Assembly: GCA_051362555.1 (NCBI GenBank) | Contig: CM120642.1 | Span: 13,206,001 to 13,270,000 of the forward strand | DNA from: Lingula anatina | Lineage: Eukaryota; Animalia; Brachiopoda | Reading direction: 5' to 3' | DNA: 64,000 nucleotides | Part shown: in pieces, positions 61,642-64,000 of the stretch | Position numbering within the stretch: the stretch's first letter is position 1 | How the letters are laid out: the number at the start of each line of letters is the position of its first letter | Made by a program: the position numbers and the translations under genes | The notes under the pieces: generated by a model | Told to the model about the DNA's origin: nothing | Seen by the model: only the letters and a program-made list of their open reading frames with translations | Database searches by the model: none

Positions 61642-64000
61642 CTGCTGCTGATGGTGGTCGCCCCTTCTCTCCGTGGTGGGAATTTGGGGGCGTTCCCCAA
61701 AGAAAGATAGTTGAAATATCAATTTTGTCTAATAAATGGCATACTTTTGTGTGCAAACCAAACAAAGCCAAAAATATACAATAGGTGCTTGGGTTGCAGC
61801 ACAAGAGATAAAAACGTTGACTATTTAGATTAACGTTCATCGAAATGTTAAAAATGGTTCTATCTCCATTTAATCATTGACGGACATTTTTATAATGAAA
61901 ATTTGTAAATGTTAGAAGAAACCCAAGCCAGTGGATAGAGCGTGCCTCAGCCTAGAATATTGAACAATACCGATCGATAAATAACCCTCTATTACGAGAG
62001 TTTATTCATTTTTTATTTGGCTGAAAAAAATGGGAATTTTTGAAATAATGTGAATAAACCTAAATTAAAGGTAATATTATGTCAACAATAAAAGTTTTCC
62101 TCAAAGAACTTGTAGATACATACGTTACCAATTTTTTTTCATTTTTGTTGTACTGAGTTCGACTGAGCCAACACGCAATTGTAACTGTGTGCAAAAAGAG
62201 AAACTGGACGAAAAATAGCAGTTGTCTTCAAACGATTTGTAAAAATTGTCCATATAATACATGTGCGTGCTACGTCCTACATTCACGCAAGTATGTTTGT
62301 ACGTCGCACATTCTTGTTGCATTTTCATACTGTGTTTCATACGCATCGATATATACATGTTACCTTTATCTAACGCTTTGTCAAAGATACGGATAAAAAA
62401 ACGTAACGCGATTTGCCTTTGAGAAGGCTGTCAGAGAAGGCAGTATTTCTTTAAAGAGCGCTGTGTTTGGCGACGCTGTGTATAAATATGTCGTAAGCAT
62501 TGTCAAGTATTTTGTTGACTGAGTATTAAGTGTACTACTATGTTGACATATTTACGTCAATGTGGAGCAACCTAGAATAAAAAGTGATTCACTCGCTTCT
62601 CTGGGCAAGTATAGAAAAACAGACTAGGTCAATTCTATTACTTTACAAAAGGTAAAGATATACACGTATAGAAAGGTGTTTTCCTGTTATACCGCTTGGC
62701 TTGCTTGTTACACTGGTACGAGTAGAAACAGGACAGTTCATTTGGCGTTGAAAATGTGTGGGGGACCCATTGTGTCCCCTCATTCCGCCATTTTATCCCT
62801 ACATGTATATCAATATGTTTAATTTGGTATTTGTCCAGATCATTGACATGCTTATAAGAAATTGCACAAAAAAAACCTTTTCCCCTTTTACATGATCCAT
62901 TCCTAAATAAACGTATAAAATGATGCCGTAAGACTAGGGAAATCCCCTAAAAAATTCCGTCGTTTTCTCTAATTGTTGAGTCGCCAAAATACAGATATAT
63001 TTCCCACCGTGCAGGAAGACGAAATTACTTCGTTTCCAACTGGTAAGTTAACATGATAATTTATCAATTTTTGGGATGTGATGTCAACCACATCAGTGTC
63101 AACGGATGACATACAACTAGTCGTAACTGATATGTACTTGAAATGTTGACATTAAGGGTAAAAACTTTCCGCACGGCATTGCAGAATTTTACACGTAAAT
63201 ATCGATCTGGGGAATTTTACTTGTACATTGGTTTCGGGAATGTGTCGTTAGAAGAATATTTCGTAAGTAGCCAATTTGAAAGAATTTGAATGGCAATCTT
63301 AACTGTTGGGATTAATTTACGCAGGTTATAATAAAACTGAATCAGGATATTGATTAAGATAAATTGAAGTGCACCAATGGTGGAGCAGGGGGAGGACACA
63401 ACAAAGAGATCAACGGCAATAAAAAGGGCATTTTCTTAAAATTCCCCGCGTCAATAAATAGAGTATTTTCTTAAAATTCCCCGCCTCACGTCTAATGATA
63501 GAAGTCGCCATTTTGTTCCTGTACGGGTTGCTTCCCACTCGTGAGTTAACCTGATATTTCATCATTTTTCTAAGCGATATATCTACTGTTCCAAATATAA
63601 ACGAGTGACGTATAACTCATTTTTTACTGGGGTGTCGATTTGTTGTTAACATTTTGATAAAAAAAACTTTGTATTCATCGATTAGTGTTTGTCAGTAAAA
63701 TTCTCCCTGGGTAATTTGGCTTAACTTTTTTCTTGAGCCCTGAATGTTTTTACGTGAAGATTTTACAAAATTCTCAAGTCTAAAGGATCATTTGACAACA
63801 ATAATAATATCAAGTAGAGGTATTGGAAACATAAGGGCGAATTTAAAGCTGGAGCGAGCATATTTTGGAAGAGTTTTTGGGAGGGTCACTCGAAAATAGC
63901 AAACTAGGAAATATGACGTTGGTTTGGCACCGGAATGTGTTGTTACGTGAATATTTCCTAATTATTCAGTTTTTAATAACTTGAATGATTATTTAGTTGA

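Noticed and set aside
62150-62175. GTTCGA T-loop-like word suggesting tRNA or SINE
   Set aside because: No A-box or cloverleaf stems around it.

Overview
AT-rich, intron-containing animal genomic DNA, probably an invertebrate (the taxon cannot be fixed from sequence alone). Three intact protein-coding genes can be reconstructed. (1) A ~3122-aa type I membrane mucin on + (signal-peptide exon 24336-24390 spliced to one 9.3-kb exon, 26390-35703), with Thr-rich repeats, seven Cys-paired SEA-like modules, a TM helix and a Tyr-motif tail. (2) CDC73/parafibromin on - (14 coding exons, 46604 to 40029). (3) PGLS on + (5 coding exons, 46834-48904), head-to-head with CDC73 across 229 bp. Downstream lie an orphan two-exon C-terminal fragment of an MFS/SLC16-like transporter, a 4.56-kb non-autonomous foldback-type DNA transposon inserted in that fragment's intron, MITE-like remnants, a 34-bp G-rich minisatellite and a possible small spliced minus-strand transcript. 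Bases 1-19300 show no convincing coding sequence. The most novel-looking element is the multi-SEA mucin with an invariant C-G-S-hydrophobic motif in all seven modules. All calls are from manual reading; no database searches were run.
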